Below, piece by piece: positions 48,076 to 57,199 of a stretch of 64,000 nt of DNA. Made by a program: the position numbers and the translations under genes. Position 1 is the first letter of the stretch; every line of letters starts with the position of its first letter. The notes under the pieces are model-generated. The model worked only from the letters and a program-made list of their open reading frames with translations. It had not been told where the DNA came from and did no database searches. This DNA is from Bacilli bacterium (GTDB taxonomy: Bacteria > Bacillota_I > Bacilli_A > RF39 > UBA660), in contig JAGAYJ010000032.1 in assembly GCA_017940575.1 (NCBI GenBank), positions 11,158 through 75,157 of the forward strand, read 5' to 3'.

Positions 48076-49818
48076 TTATTCTAATACTGCTTTAATTCTT
48101 CTAACACCTGCTGAAGATGCTTCTTCTTTTTTTATTTTAAAGTGACCTAGTTCACTTGTATTTTTAACATGTGGTCCACCGCATAATTCTTTTGATACAT
48201 CACCAATTGAATATACGGTTACTTGATCTGGATATTTTTCTATAAACATACATTCAGCACCACTGTCTATTGCCTCTTGTTTTGACATAGAATCAACTCT
48301 TACATCAAGCCCTTCTTTAATCCATTCATTAACTAATTCTTCTACTTTGTTTTTCTCTTCATCAGTTAATTTATGATCACAGTTAAAGTCAAAACGCATT
48401 CTCTCTTCTGTTATATTAGACCCCCTTTGATGAGTATCAGGATCTACTACTACTTTTAATGCTGCATTAAGTAAGTGTGTTGCTGTATGATATTTAGTTT
48501 CAATCTCACTATTACCAGCAAGTCCACCTTTAAATTTACCTTGAGATGCACCTCTAGATAATTCTTGATGTTCTCTAAATTTTGTTTTAAATCCTTGGAC
48601 ATCAACAGAAAGGCCTCTATCTTTAGCTTCTTCTATAGTTAACTCAATAGGAAATCCATATGTATCATATAAATGGAATGCTTGAGTTGCATCTATACTA
48701 TTTGCTTTACTTGCTATTTTTTCAAATTCTCTTAAACCTTTTTCTAAAGTTCTATTGAATTTAATTTTTTCATTTTTTAACACTTCAAGTACTACTTCTT
48801 TATTTTGTTCTAACTCACTATAATATTTAGAATATAATTCTATTATTTTATTAGCAAGTATTTGTTCCCAATCAGAATTAATATCAATGTTTAATTTTTT
48901 AGCTGTTCTAATTGTTCTTCTAATTAGTCTTCTTAAGATATAGCCTTGATCTGTATTAGATGGCTTTATACCTGCAGGATCAGCAGATATAAATACACTT
49001 GTTCTAATGTGATCAGCTATAATTCTCATTTCACGTTCATGTCCAATATATGTAAGGCCTGATATTTCTTCAATTAAATTAATAACTGGAGTCCAAATAG
49101 AAGATTCATAGTTATCAAGTTTTCCTTCTAATATTGCAGTAGTTCTTTCAACTCCCATACCAGTATCTACATTTTTATTAGGAAGTTCTGTATATGTACC
49201 ATCAGCGTGTTTTTCATATTGCATAAATACGTCATTCCAAATTTCAACCCATCTTTCATCCTCTGGATCAAATTTAGCTGGTATTTCATCATCGCTTCTA
49301 AAATAAAACATTTCAGAGTCTGGTCCACAAGGTCCAGTTTCACCTGCTATCCAAAAGTTATCATTACTAGTTGGTGCGATTCTATCTTCTGGAATTCCAA
49401 GAGAAATCCATATATCATGAGCTTCCTTATCAAATGGAATCTCATCATTACCAGCAAATATAGTAACACCAAGTCTCTCAACTGGAATATTTAATACTTT
49501 AGTTAAAAATTCAAAACTCCAAGTAATTGCTTCTTTTTTAAAATAATCTCCAAGTGACCAGTTACCAAGCATTTCAAAGAATGTATGATGATATGTATCA
49601 CCAATATTTTCTAGGTCATTTGTTCTAACACATTTTTGATAATCTGTAAGTCTTGTTCCATATGGATGTTTAGCACCTAATAAATATGGAATTAATGGTT
49701 GCATACCAGCAGTATTAAATAATACTGAAGGATCATTTTCAGGAACTACAGGACTACTTGGTATTTGTTTATGTCCTTTACTTACGAAATAATTTATATA
49801 TAAGTCTTTAAGATTCAT
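48076..49818 (-). CDS. alaS: Alanine--tRNA ligase, short form (580 aa, no C-Ala domain)
   Basis: The N-terminal class II core (FNTAGMQPL, HHTFFEMLGNWS), an editing-domain HxxxH (HTATHLLN) and CGGPHV. The protein ends right after the editing domain. Confidence 0.8.
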   Translation of the reverse strand: MNLKDLYINYFVSKGHKQIPSSPVVPENDPSVLFNTAGMQPLIPYLLGAKHPYGTRLTDYQKCVRTNDLENIGDTYHHTFFEMLGNWSLGDYFKKEAITWSFEFLTKVLNIPVERLGVTIFAGNDEIPFDKEAHDIWISLGIPEDRIAPTSNDNFWIAGETGPCGPDSEMFYFRSDDEIPAKFDPEDERWVEIWNDVFMQYEKHADGTYTELPNKNVDTGMGVERTTAILEGKLDNYESSIWTPVINLIEEISGLTYIGHEREMRIIADHIRTSVFISADPAGIKPSNTDQGYILRRLIRRTIRTAKKLNIDINSDWEQILANKIIELYSKYYSELEQNKEVVLEVLKNEKIKFNRTLEKGLREFEKIASKANSIDATQAFHLYDTYGFPIELTIEEAKDRGLSVDVQGFKTKFREHQELSRGASQGKFKGGLAGNSEIETKYHTATHLLNAALKVVVDPDTHQRGSNITEERMRFDFNCDHKLTDEEKNKVEELVNEWIKEGLDVRVDSMSKQEAIDSGAECMFIEKYPDQVTVYSIGDVSKELCGGPHVKNTSELGHFKIKKEEASSAGVRRIKAVLE

Positions 49819-50374
49819 GTTGTACCTCCTCTATCATATTACTAACTTTTTCACCTAAATCAGGAATTGTACCATCATTAATAAGTACATAATCAAAATT
49901 TTCATAGTCATCCAAATCAATTTCCGTTGGATGATTCTTTTGTTCTTCAGTTAAACCATTATCAAAATTTGGTCTAATAAGACGAAGAGCATATATATTA
50001 TCAAACTTATTTCTTGGAATGTCAATCTCTATTTTTAATCTAACATCACTAATTGTAATAATATCATAAAAGAATGAATAAACTTTAATATCTTCTACTA
50101 ATTTTTTTACAAAGAAATCAGCTCCAAGTTTATTTCTAATGATATCTGTTCCAAGTACTTGTAATAATTCTCTTGGCTTATTATCTTCAGAGCCATCCCA
50201 ATTAGTTATTACTTTAGCATATTCTTTAATATAAGAAGAATATTGAAGATTAATAACTCTCATATTCTTTTTTTCATATTCATGTTTTATAAACTTAGCA
50301 GTTGTATCTTTTCCAGCTCTTGCTTTACCACTTATTAAAAATATTTTAGGATTTCTACTTTCCAAAATAATCAA
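49808..50374 (-). CDS. P-loop kinase, dNMP-kinase-like
   Basis: Walker A GKARAGKDT, LLQVLGTDIIR and SDVRLKIE. Overlaps the alaS start by 11 nt. Confidence 0.55.
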   Translation of the reverse strand: MIILESRNPKIFLISGKARAGKDTTAKFIKHEYEKKNMRVINLQYSSYIKEYAKVITNWDGSEDNKPRELLQVLGTDIIRNKLGADFFVKKLVEDIKVYSFFYDIITISDVRLKIEIDIPRNKFDNIYALRLIRPNFDNGLTEEQKNHPTEIDLDDYENFDYVLINDGTIPDLGEKVSNMIEEVQHES

Positions 50375-50377
50375 CTC

Positions 50378-51526
50378 CTATACATTTTCAAATAAATCTA
50401 TATTTAATTTATCCATAAAGAATACTACAATTGATTTTAAAACAGCTATTAAAGGTGTTGATATAACCATACCAATTATACCAAGGAAATGACCAAATAT
50501 AAGTAGACCTACAATAATTGTTACTGGGTGTAATTTTGTAGTCTTACTCATTATAACTGGTTGCATAAAATTTCCTTCTAAGAACTGAATAACAACAATT
50601 GAAATAAGCGTTAAAATACCTGTAATTGGACTTTTAGCAAATCCAACTATTACAGCAGGTATGCCTCCAATATAAGGTCCTGCATATGGTATAACATTTG
50701 TAATACCACAGAATAACCCAAACAAAAGTGGTGCTCTAAGTCCAACTAACATAAATGCTATTGATGTAATTACAAATACAAAGAATGCATCAATTATGGC
50801 ACCATTAATAAATTTTCTAAGTGAATTATTAATTTCATCGCCAAGTTCTCTTGTATCTTTTTGGTATTTTTTAGGAAGCAAAGTAATAAGTAATTCTCCT
50901 GCATTATCAAATCCCATAAGTAAATAAAATCCAATAATTAATCCTACCACAAATGAACCCATACCAGATATAAATGTTTTTACTAAACCTACTGCTTTAT
51001 CAGGAAGTATTGTTGTGATAGAAGTTGAAAAATCTTCCATTTTAGTAAATATATTAGACTTAACAACATCAGCATTAAATCCATCTATTTTACTCATTTT
51101 AGATAATATATCTGACACCCATTCTTTAACACTATCAAATATAGATGGAAGTGTTTGAATAAAGTCATTTATTTGATCTCTTAATATTGGAATAATTGAT
51201 CCTACTAATAAAGCAAGTAGTCCAATAAATACAATATATACAATTGCTGTACCAATTGATCTTTTAATACCTTTCTTTTGAAGTTTTTTTACCATTGGCG
51301 CAAATAACCATGCAATAAATAAACCAATAAAAAGTGGTGCCAATATTTTTAAAATTACTAATATTAAGTATTTGATTTGTAATTCTTTAAACACCTTAAT
51401 TATAAAGAATAATGCAACTATAATTATAAAGATATATGCAATCTTTAAAATATTATCAAGTAAATTGATTGCTTCATTTACTTTTTCAATATCTAAATCT
51501 TCTTTATTTTTTACCTTTTTAAACAT
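50378..51526 (-). CDS. AI-2E family transporter (PerM/YhhT-like)
   Basis: 8 TM with NVIPYAGPYIGGIPA. The start is at MFKKVKN, behind TAGGTGAT and a TATAAT -10 element. Confidence 0.8.
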   Translation of the reverse strand: MFKKVKNKEDLDIEKVNEAINLLDNILKIAYIFIIIVALFFIIKVFKELQIKYLILVILKILAPLFIGLFIAWLFAPMVKKLQKKGIKRSIGTAIVYIVFIGLLALLVGSIIPILRDQINDFIQTLPSIFDSVKEWVSDILSKMSKIDGFNADVVKSNIFTKMEDFSTSITTILPDKAVGLVKTFISGMGSFVVGLIIGFYLLMGFDNAGELLITLLPKKYQKDTRELGDEINNSLRKFINGAIIDAFFVFVITSIAFMLVGLRAPLLFGLFCGITNVIPYAGPYIGGIPAVIVGFAKSPITGILTLISIVVIQFLEGNFMQPVIMSKTTKLHPVTIIVGLLIFGHFLGIIGMVISTPLIAVLKSIVVFFMDKLNIDLFENV

Positions 51527-51628
51527 AAAATCACCTAATAATATTATAGCAAAAAAAAAAGTTAATATAAACAATTAATTGTCTAGTTGTACTATTTTAG
51601 ACATATTAATCAATATTTTATATTAACA

Positions 51629-51715
51629 CTATGCCATATAAGCAACCATAATTATAAAAAACATAGCTATAATCATTGTTTTACTTTCTACTAAATCTCT
51701 TAATACACATACCAT
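51629..51715 (-). CDS. Unannotated 28-aa hydrophobic peptide divergent from lexA: MVCVLRDLVESKTMIIAMFFIIMVAYMA
   Basis: ATG preceded by AAAGGGA at 7-nt spacing. It is driven by TTGACA-17-TATTAT, whose spacer is a LexA box. It is too short for the ORF track. Confidence 0.45.
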   Translation of the reverse strand: MVCVLRDLVESKTMIIAMFFIIMVAYMA

Positions 51716-51739
51716 ACTATCATCCCTTTCGTTAAATTA

Positions 51740-51768
51740 ATAATAACACGAACAAAACTTCGTGTCAA
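51740..51768 (-). promoter_or_regulatory. Promoter of the 28-aa ORF with LexA box 1 in the spacer
   Basis: Minus strand: TTGACA-CGAAGTTTTGTTCGtgt-TATTAT. On the plus strand box 1 reads CGAACAAAACTTCG (51749-51762). Confidence 0.6.
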
Positions 51769-51777
51769 CAGTTTTAA

Positions 51778-51817
51778 CGAACAAAAGTTTGACTTTACAT
51801 TTTTTTTATGATATTAT
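51778..51817 (+). promoter_or_regulatory. lexA promoter with LexA box 2 overlapping the -35 element
   Basis: CGAACAAAAGTTTG (51778-51791), TTGACT (51789-51794), 17-nt spacer, TATTAT (51812-51817). Confidence 0.6.
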
Positions 51818-51846
51818 ATACATGTAAGTTAAAAAAGGAGGTTTAT

Positions 51847-52464
51847 ATGGAAAAATTAACTAAAAGACAAGAAGATATTTTAGACTATATAAAAAAATAT
51901 ATTGTTGCTCATGGATTTCCACCTACTATTAGAGAAATAGGTGCAGCTCTTGATTTATCTAGTCCAGCAACAATACATGCACATCTTGCTAATCTAGAAA
52001 AAAAAGGTTTTATTAAAAAACAAGATTCTAAAAATAGAACATTAGAATTACTTGTTGATAATGAATATGATGTTAAAGATGAATTAACTATAGAAGTTCC
52101 TTTACTTGGTAAAATCACTGCAGGAAATCCAATTGAAGCAATTGAACATCCTGATGAGTTTTTTCCAATTCCATCATATTTAATTCCAAAAGGAAAAGAT
52201 GTATTTACACTAAATGTACATGGTGAAAGTATGATAAATGCAGGAATTCTTGATGGTGATATCGTAATTGTTGAAAAATCTAATACTGCAAGAAACGGTC
52301 AGATAGTAGTTGCAATGACAGACGAAAAAGAAGTAACACTTAAAACATTCTATAAAGAAAAAGATCATATAAGACTTCAACCTGAAAATGATTCAATGGA
52401 ACCATTTATATTTAAAAATGTGAAAATACTAGGTATAGCAATCGGATTATACAGAAAAATATAG
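51847..52464 (+). CDS. lexA: SOS repressor LexA
   Basis: MEKLTKRQEDILDYIKKYI...GFPPTIREIG (wHTH), the VPLLGKITAG cleavage-site region, and the GESM...K peptidase S24 domain. The start is at 51847, behind AAGGAGG. Confidence 0.93.
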   Translation: MEKLTKRQEDILDYIKKYIVAHGFPPTIREIGAALDLSSPATIHAHLANLEKKGFIKKQDSKNRTLELLVDNEYDVKDELTIEVPLLGKITAGNPIEAIEHPDEFFPIPSYLIPKGKDVFTLNVHGESMINAGILDGDIVIVEKSNTARNGQIVVAMTDEKEVTLKTFYKEKDHIRLQPENDSMEPFIFKNVKILGIAIGLYRKI

Positions 52465-52483
52465 CTTATAAGCTATATTTTTT

Positions 52484-53266
52484 TTAATGATTGTTTTTGT
52501 AATTTTCATACCAAGATTTAACTTTTACTTTTTCTTCTTCATATATATTTGATGTAGTATCTTTTAAAGATTTGCCAGTATCTTTCAAATTATCATGTAG
52601 ATTATCTATACTATCAAGTGTCTCATCACTTAAATTCTCTTTTATATTATTGATAATTCCATTATATTGGTCAAAAGTCCAATCTGCAGCTTTATTATAT
52701 TTATTTTTTATATCTTCTTTATATGTCGGATATTTAATTGATATTATACTATCTATCTCAGCAAAATCATTTAATATTGTTTTTTTTGTTTCTTCTTTTA
52801 AATCATTATACCTAATTCCATAAATTTCTGTATCATAAAAAATAAAATCAGTAATTGTTATAAATAAGTCAATTGCTTTTTCCTTAAATTCATCTAAACT
52901 TGATGTATTTTTTAAATCATTCTTTAAATCATTAAAATAAGTAACAATAATCTCATCATTTGTTTGAGCATTATTTTCACTATTTAAATCAGTAGTATTT
53001 TGTTCTTCTAAAATTGCATTTGATTCATTAGTTACATCATTACCAGATTCATCAATAATTGTAATAACATATTCATCAGTTTGATTATTATCTGGTTCAA
53101 TATGATCTAAATCAATTTTTTCATCAAAAACAGTTTCTTCTTCAATTTTAGGTTCACTTTTATACTCAACTTCTCTGGTCTCTCCACATGATGTCATTAA
53201 TATAATTGAACTTGGAACAATCATTAATATGCCTTTATAAATTTTTAAGTTTTTCAATTTTCTCAT
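52484..53266 (-). CDS. Acidic lipoprotein, unknown function
   Basis: MRKLKNLKIYKGILMIVPSSIILMTSC (lipobox), then a highly acidic D/E/N-rich sequence. The start choice is uncertain (alternatives 53296 and 53224), and it overlaps the queH 3' end. Confidence 0.45.
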   Translation of the reverse strand: MRKLKNLKIYKGILMIVPSSIILMTSCGETREVEYKSEPKIEEETVFDEKIDLDHIEPDNNQTDEYVITIIDESGNDVTNESNAILEEQNTTDLNSENNAQTNDEIIVTYFNDLKNDLKNTSSLDEFKEKAIDLFITITDFIFYDTEIYGIRYNDLKEETKKTILNDFAEIDSIISIKYPTYKEDIKNKYNKAADWTFDQYNGIINNIKENLSDETLDSIDNLHDNLKDTGKSLKDTTSNIYEEEKVKVKSWYENYKNNH

Positions 53267-53867
53267 CCCTTTCCATCTTAGAATAAATACATCCACAGTA
53301 ATCTTGTCTATATAAGTTATATACTTTAGATAATTCTATACTTCTCTTATATCCATTATTCTTTTTAAAATCAGAATATAAATATTTAATATTATATTTT
53401 TCACTCAACTCTTCTCCTATTTTATTTAATACTTGACTATTTTTATAAGGGCTTACAGTTAAAGTTGTTCCAAAATAGTCATAGTTTCTATCGTGAGCTA
53501 CTTGTGCGGTTTTCTCTAGTCTCATTCTATAGCACTTAAAGCATCTTTCTCCGCCTTCTTTTGCATGTTCTAATCCCTTAGCTATTTTTAAAAAATCATT
53601 ATAGTCATATCCAACTTCTATAAAATCAAGTTTATTTTTAGATTTAAATTCACTAATAAACTTCTTTTGTTCTTCTTTTCTCTTTTCATATTCAGTTATA
53701 GGAGAAATATTAGGATTATAATATATTACTGTTATATCAAAATAATTTGATAAATATTCAATGCAACGAGATGAACAAGGCGCACAGCAAGAATGAAGTA
53801 ATAACTTTGGTGTATAGTCTAGAGATTCAACTAATTCTTCTAATTTTTTTTGATAATTAACATTCAT
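53235..53867 (-). CDS. queH: Epoxyqueuosine reductase QueH (DUF208)
   Basis: LLLHSCCAPCS, CFKCYRMRL and YCGC motifs. Confidence 0.85.
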   Translation of the reverse strand: MNVNYQKKLEELVESLDYTPKLLLHSCCAPCSSRCIEYLSNYFDITVIYYNPNISPITEYEKRKEEQKKFISEFKSKNKLDFIEVGYDYNDFLKIAKGLEHAKEGGERCFKCYRMRLEKTAQVAHDRNYDYFGTTLTVSPYKNSQVLNKIGEELSEKYNIKYLYSDFKKNNGYKRSIELSKVYNLYRQDYCGCIYSKMERDEKIEKLKNL

Positions 53868-53911
53868 GTAACCCCTCCTTAATTGACATTTATTATATTC
53901 TAAAAAAATTA

Positions 53912-53944
53912 AAAAATCAAATTAAAAAGAGCTTATAACTCTTT
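53912..53944 (-). terminator. Rho-independent terminator after the redox operon
   Basis: AAAGAG-7 nt-CTCTTT followed by a T-rich tract. Confidence 0.45.
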
Positions 53945-55152
53945 TAAAACTTAAGCATTAATATATTAGGTGCGAAAATCATTAAAATACCAAGTATTAA
54001 CATTAGTATTCCTCCTATTAAATGAGAATACTTATTGTATTTATTAGATATACCAGTAACCTCTAAAGTTACCATAGCAATTAAAAATACAATAATGTCA
54101 TCTAACATATAAAATACTATATATAAAATCATATATAAGAAATATTCAATACTATTTAAATTGTGTAAAGCTAATATTTCAGAATAAATTACAGGCCAAC
54201 CTGCTGAACATACAAATTCAATTGCATTTATTGAAAATGCAAGTCCAATTAAACCAATACTTGAAATTATAAAGTTTTTCTCATTTATATATTTCTTAAT
54301 ACGCATCATTATTTTTTTACGTTTTTCTTTATCAGCAACCTCACAACCAACTTCACTAGTCCTTGATTTAATAAAGCCATTAAAATTCCAAATAGAACCA
54401 ACTATTGCGATAACACCGACAAGTTTTAAAACAAGCTTAGACTGAGCAAGTGATAATACGCTTATCCAAGCCCCCATAAATAGCATATATACAAGTCCTG
54501 ATGCAACTAAAAATACTAGTCCCAAGCCAATTCTCTTTTTCTTATCTTTTACAGATATTAACATACTAACTAAGAAAATTAAAACCCACATGGCACATGG
54601 ATTAAAACCATCTATACTACCAAATATAATCGCAACTACTGGAATAGATACTTTAGATTTACTTACCTTACCAATCAAAGGAAGCTTAATAGTATCATCT
54701 TCTGTATTTGTTTTATTATCATCAGTTATTTCTTTATCTATTTTATTAATATCAACAACTTCATTTTTTTCTTCTACAAGTGATACTAAATCGTAATAAT
54801 CTTCATTTTGATATTTATCTACAAAATGAATAATTTGATCTTTAATAGAATCACTATAACCAGTAAGACCAATCTCACCTATTACAGTATAAGGTACATA
54901 ATTATGTTGCGCTCCAATAGACTTTTTAACTAAATCAAGTAAATTAGCATTAGTCTCATTATTAGTTACTTCAAACATTCTAACTTTCACATTACTATTT
55001 TCTTTAATATATTGATTTAAAAACTTTTCTTCTGCTGCACAGTGTGGGCAAGTTTCACTATAAAATAAATTAATAGTTATTTCCTTAGCACTTACACATC
55101 CAGCAATTAAAAATAATATTATAGAAAATAGAATATATTTTAAATACTTCAT
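53944..55152 (-). CDS. Membrane protein: exported thioredoxin-fold domain (CPHC) fused to a polytopic CcdA/DsbD-like domain
   Basis: A signal peptide, SETCPHCAAE, then about 6 TM including GFNPCAMWVL. Confidence 0.5.
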   Translation of the reverse strand: MKYLKYILFSIILFLIAGCVSAKEITINLFYSETCPHCAAEEKFLNQYIKENSNVKVRMFEVTNNETNANLLDLVKKSIGAQHNYVPYTVIGEIGLTGYSDSIKDQIIHFVDKYQNEDYYDLVSLVEEKNEVVDINKIDKEITDDNKTNTEDDTIKLPLIGKVSKSKVSIPVVAIIFGSIDGFNPCAMWVLIFLVSMLISVKDKKKRIGLGLVFLVASGLVYMLFMGAWISVLSLAQSKLVLKLVGVIAIVGSIWNFNGFIKSRTSEVGCEVADKEKRKKIMMRIKKYINEKNFIISSIGLIGLAFSINAIEFVCSAGWPVIYSEILALHNLNSIEYFLYMILYIVFYMLDDIIVFLIAMVTLEVTGISNKYNKYSHLIGGILMLILGILMIFAPNILMLKF

Positions 55153-55403
55153 ATAATTTCCTCAATTTCCTTAAAAAATTCTTTTTCAGATTTCTCTCCA
55201 ATGATTCTTTTTACCTCTATATTATTTTTATATATAATTAAAACTGGTAAAATTTCACCAACATTATATTCATCAATATCATCCATATCATAGTCTAATT
55301 CAACATATTCAAAATCACTATATATCTCTTTTAGTTTTTTCCAAAGTTTATTCATTATAATACAACTAACACACCAAGTAGATGAAATTCTAACAAACTT
55401 CAT
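55149..55403 (-). CDS. Thioredoxin-like small protein (CVSC)
   Basis: 84 aa. SSTWCVSC active-site-like motif. ATGA overlap with the downstream gene. Confidence 0.55.
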   Translation of the reverse strand: MKFVRISSTWCVSCIIMNKLWKKLKEIYSDFEYVELDYDMDDIDEYNVGEILPVLIIYKNNIEVKRIIGEKSEKEFFKEIEEII

Positions 55404-55405
55404 AA

Positions 55406-56530
55406 TTAATTTAAGCTATTAAACTTATCTATGCATTTATCAAATGCATTTAAAAAACAATCTACTTCTTCTTTAGTTGTATATCCTGATAAACTAATTC
55501 TTATACTATGTTTAGATGCTTCATTATCCTTTGTAACTTCAAGTACGCTTCTACTAACTGGATTATTAGAAGAACATGCACTTTGAGTTGAAATATAAAT
55601 ATCATATTCTTCTAGTGCGTGTTGCATAGATTCTGGTTTAGCATTCATAACACTTAAATTTAAAATGTGTGGTATAGAATACTCATTACTATTTATTCTT
55701 ACATTTTCATATTTTTTTAAATTATCTTTAATGTAATTATTCAAATCAAGCACATGTTTATAATTATCATCTAACTCTTCATCAATTAATCTTAAGGCTT
55801 TAGATATTGATGTTATAAGAGGTAAAGCTGGTGTACCTGATCTATAAATAGTTGTGGACTTTCCACCATGTATTAAAGGCTCTATTAAGATATTGTCACG
55901 TTTTATTAAAACACCAACACCTTTAGGACCATAGAATTTATGAGCAGTAAAACTAATTAAATCAATATCACTATAGTCAATTCTAACTTTACCTACTGCT
56001 TGTGTTGCATCGACATGAAAAGCACAATTATAGTTCTTTAATAATTTGGCTATCTCTTCTATATTTTGTCTAACACCTGTTTCACTATTAACAGCTCCAA
56101 TACTAACTAATATAGTATCATCTCTCAAAAGATTTTTTAAATCATCTATATCAACTAATCCAAATGAGTTAGTTTTTACAAAATCTACCTCAAAACCTAA
56201 ATTAGATAAATAACCTAATGGTCCATAAATTGATGAGTGCTCTAAGTTAGTTGATATAATATGCATTCCTCTTTGTTTATTTCTTAGTGCATATCCTTTA
56301 ATAGCTAAGTTATTTGATTCACTAGCACATGATGTATAAATAATATCTTCACTCTTACATCCCATAATTTTAGCAATTTGATTAGTTGATGCATCAATTA
56401 ATTTTTTAGCATCAACACCTAGTTTATGTAATGAATTTGGATTTGCAAAATAATCCTTACTTGATTTTATATACGTATCTAAGACTTCATCTCTTGTCTT
56501 AGTGGTTGCTGAATAATCTAAATATACCAT
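55406..56530 (-). CDS. Cysteine desulfurase (NifS/IscS-like, class V aminotransferase)
   Basis: YLDYSATT, FTAHKFYGPKGVG (PLP lysine) and the SACSS active-site Cys region. Confidence 0.88.
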   Translation of the reverse strand: MVYLDYSATTKTRDEVLDTYIKSSKDYFANPNSLHKLGVDAKKLIDASTNQIAKIMGCKSEDIIYTSCASESNNLAIKGYALRNKQRGMHIISTNLEHSSIYGPLGYLSNLGFEVDFVKTNSFGLVDIDDLKNLLRDDTILVSIGAVNSETGVRQNIEEIAKLLKNYNCAFHVDATQAVGKVRIDYSDIDLISFTAHKFYGPKGVGVLIKRDNILIEPLIHGGKSTTIYRSGTPALPLITSISKALRLIDEELDDNYKHVLDLNNYIKDNLKKYENVRINSNEYSIPHILNLSVMNAKPESMQHALEEYDIYISTQSACSSNNPVSRSVLEVTKDNEASKHSIRISLSGYTTKEEVDCFLNAFDKCIDKFNSLN

Positions 56531-56583
56531 AATATCACCTTAAAATAATTATATCACACTTGTCAATATACAAAAAAGATAGC

Positions 56584-56838
56584 TTAACTATCTTGATTAT
56601 TCTTTATATAGTTATTAAGTTCAGCCATAGCTTGATCTGTAAACATTGGTATTAATTTTTGAATCAAGGCTTGATTATTTATTTCAACTAAATAATCATC
56701 TTCTAAATAACAAAACTTAAAATCTTCATTCTTTTCAATATTAGCAATATAAAAATAAAACTTGTCTTCTAAATCAACTTTGCTAATTACCATATATTTA
56801 TTATCTTTAAGTGTTACTATATCTCTAACTTCTAACAT
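56584..56838 (-). CDS. Small acidic protein (DUF1292-like)
   Basis: 84 aa. The resemblance to DUF1292 is weak. Confidence 0.35.
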   Translation of the reverse strand: MLEVRDIVTLKDNKYMVISKVDLEDKFYFYIANIEKNEDFKFCYLEDDYLVEINNQALIQKLIPMFTDQAMAELNNYIKNNQDS

Positions 56839-57191
56839 AGATTTTTCTCTCTTTCTATTTCATCTTTATCCTCTAAATGATGTTTAATAAGCATATCAAT
56901 CACTTCTTTTGAGTATTCTTTATTCATTATAGCTTTATTTAATTTTAAATAATTTAAATATGATTTGATGCCTTTTATTAAAGTAATATTAAATATAGAA
57001 ACACCAGTAAATGCTGTAATAATAAGAGCAATTGTTTTCAATTTTCCATCATATATTCTTGTCTCAGCAAGTTCGAAAGCACTTAAATATACAATTGATA
57101 TTCCAACTAATTTAGCATAATAAAATGCATCATACTTTAAATTATCTCTATATTTTTCAATATTACTTATTTTAAATCTATTTTGTTCCAT
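56832..57191 (-). CDS. Small membrane protein, unknown function
   Basis: Two TM helices. Start trimmed to MEQNRF, behind GGTGAT, to avoid overlapping truB. Confidence 0.35.
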   Translation of the reverse strand: MEQNRFKISNIEKYRDNLKYDAFYYAKLVGISIVYLSAFELAETRIYDGKLKTIALIITAFTGVSIFNITLIKGIKSYLNYLKLNKAIMNKEYSKEVIDMLIKHHLEDKDEIEREKNLC

Positions 57192-57199
57192 TTTATCAC

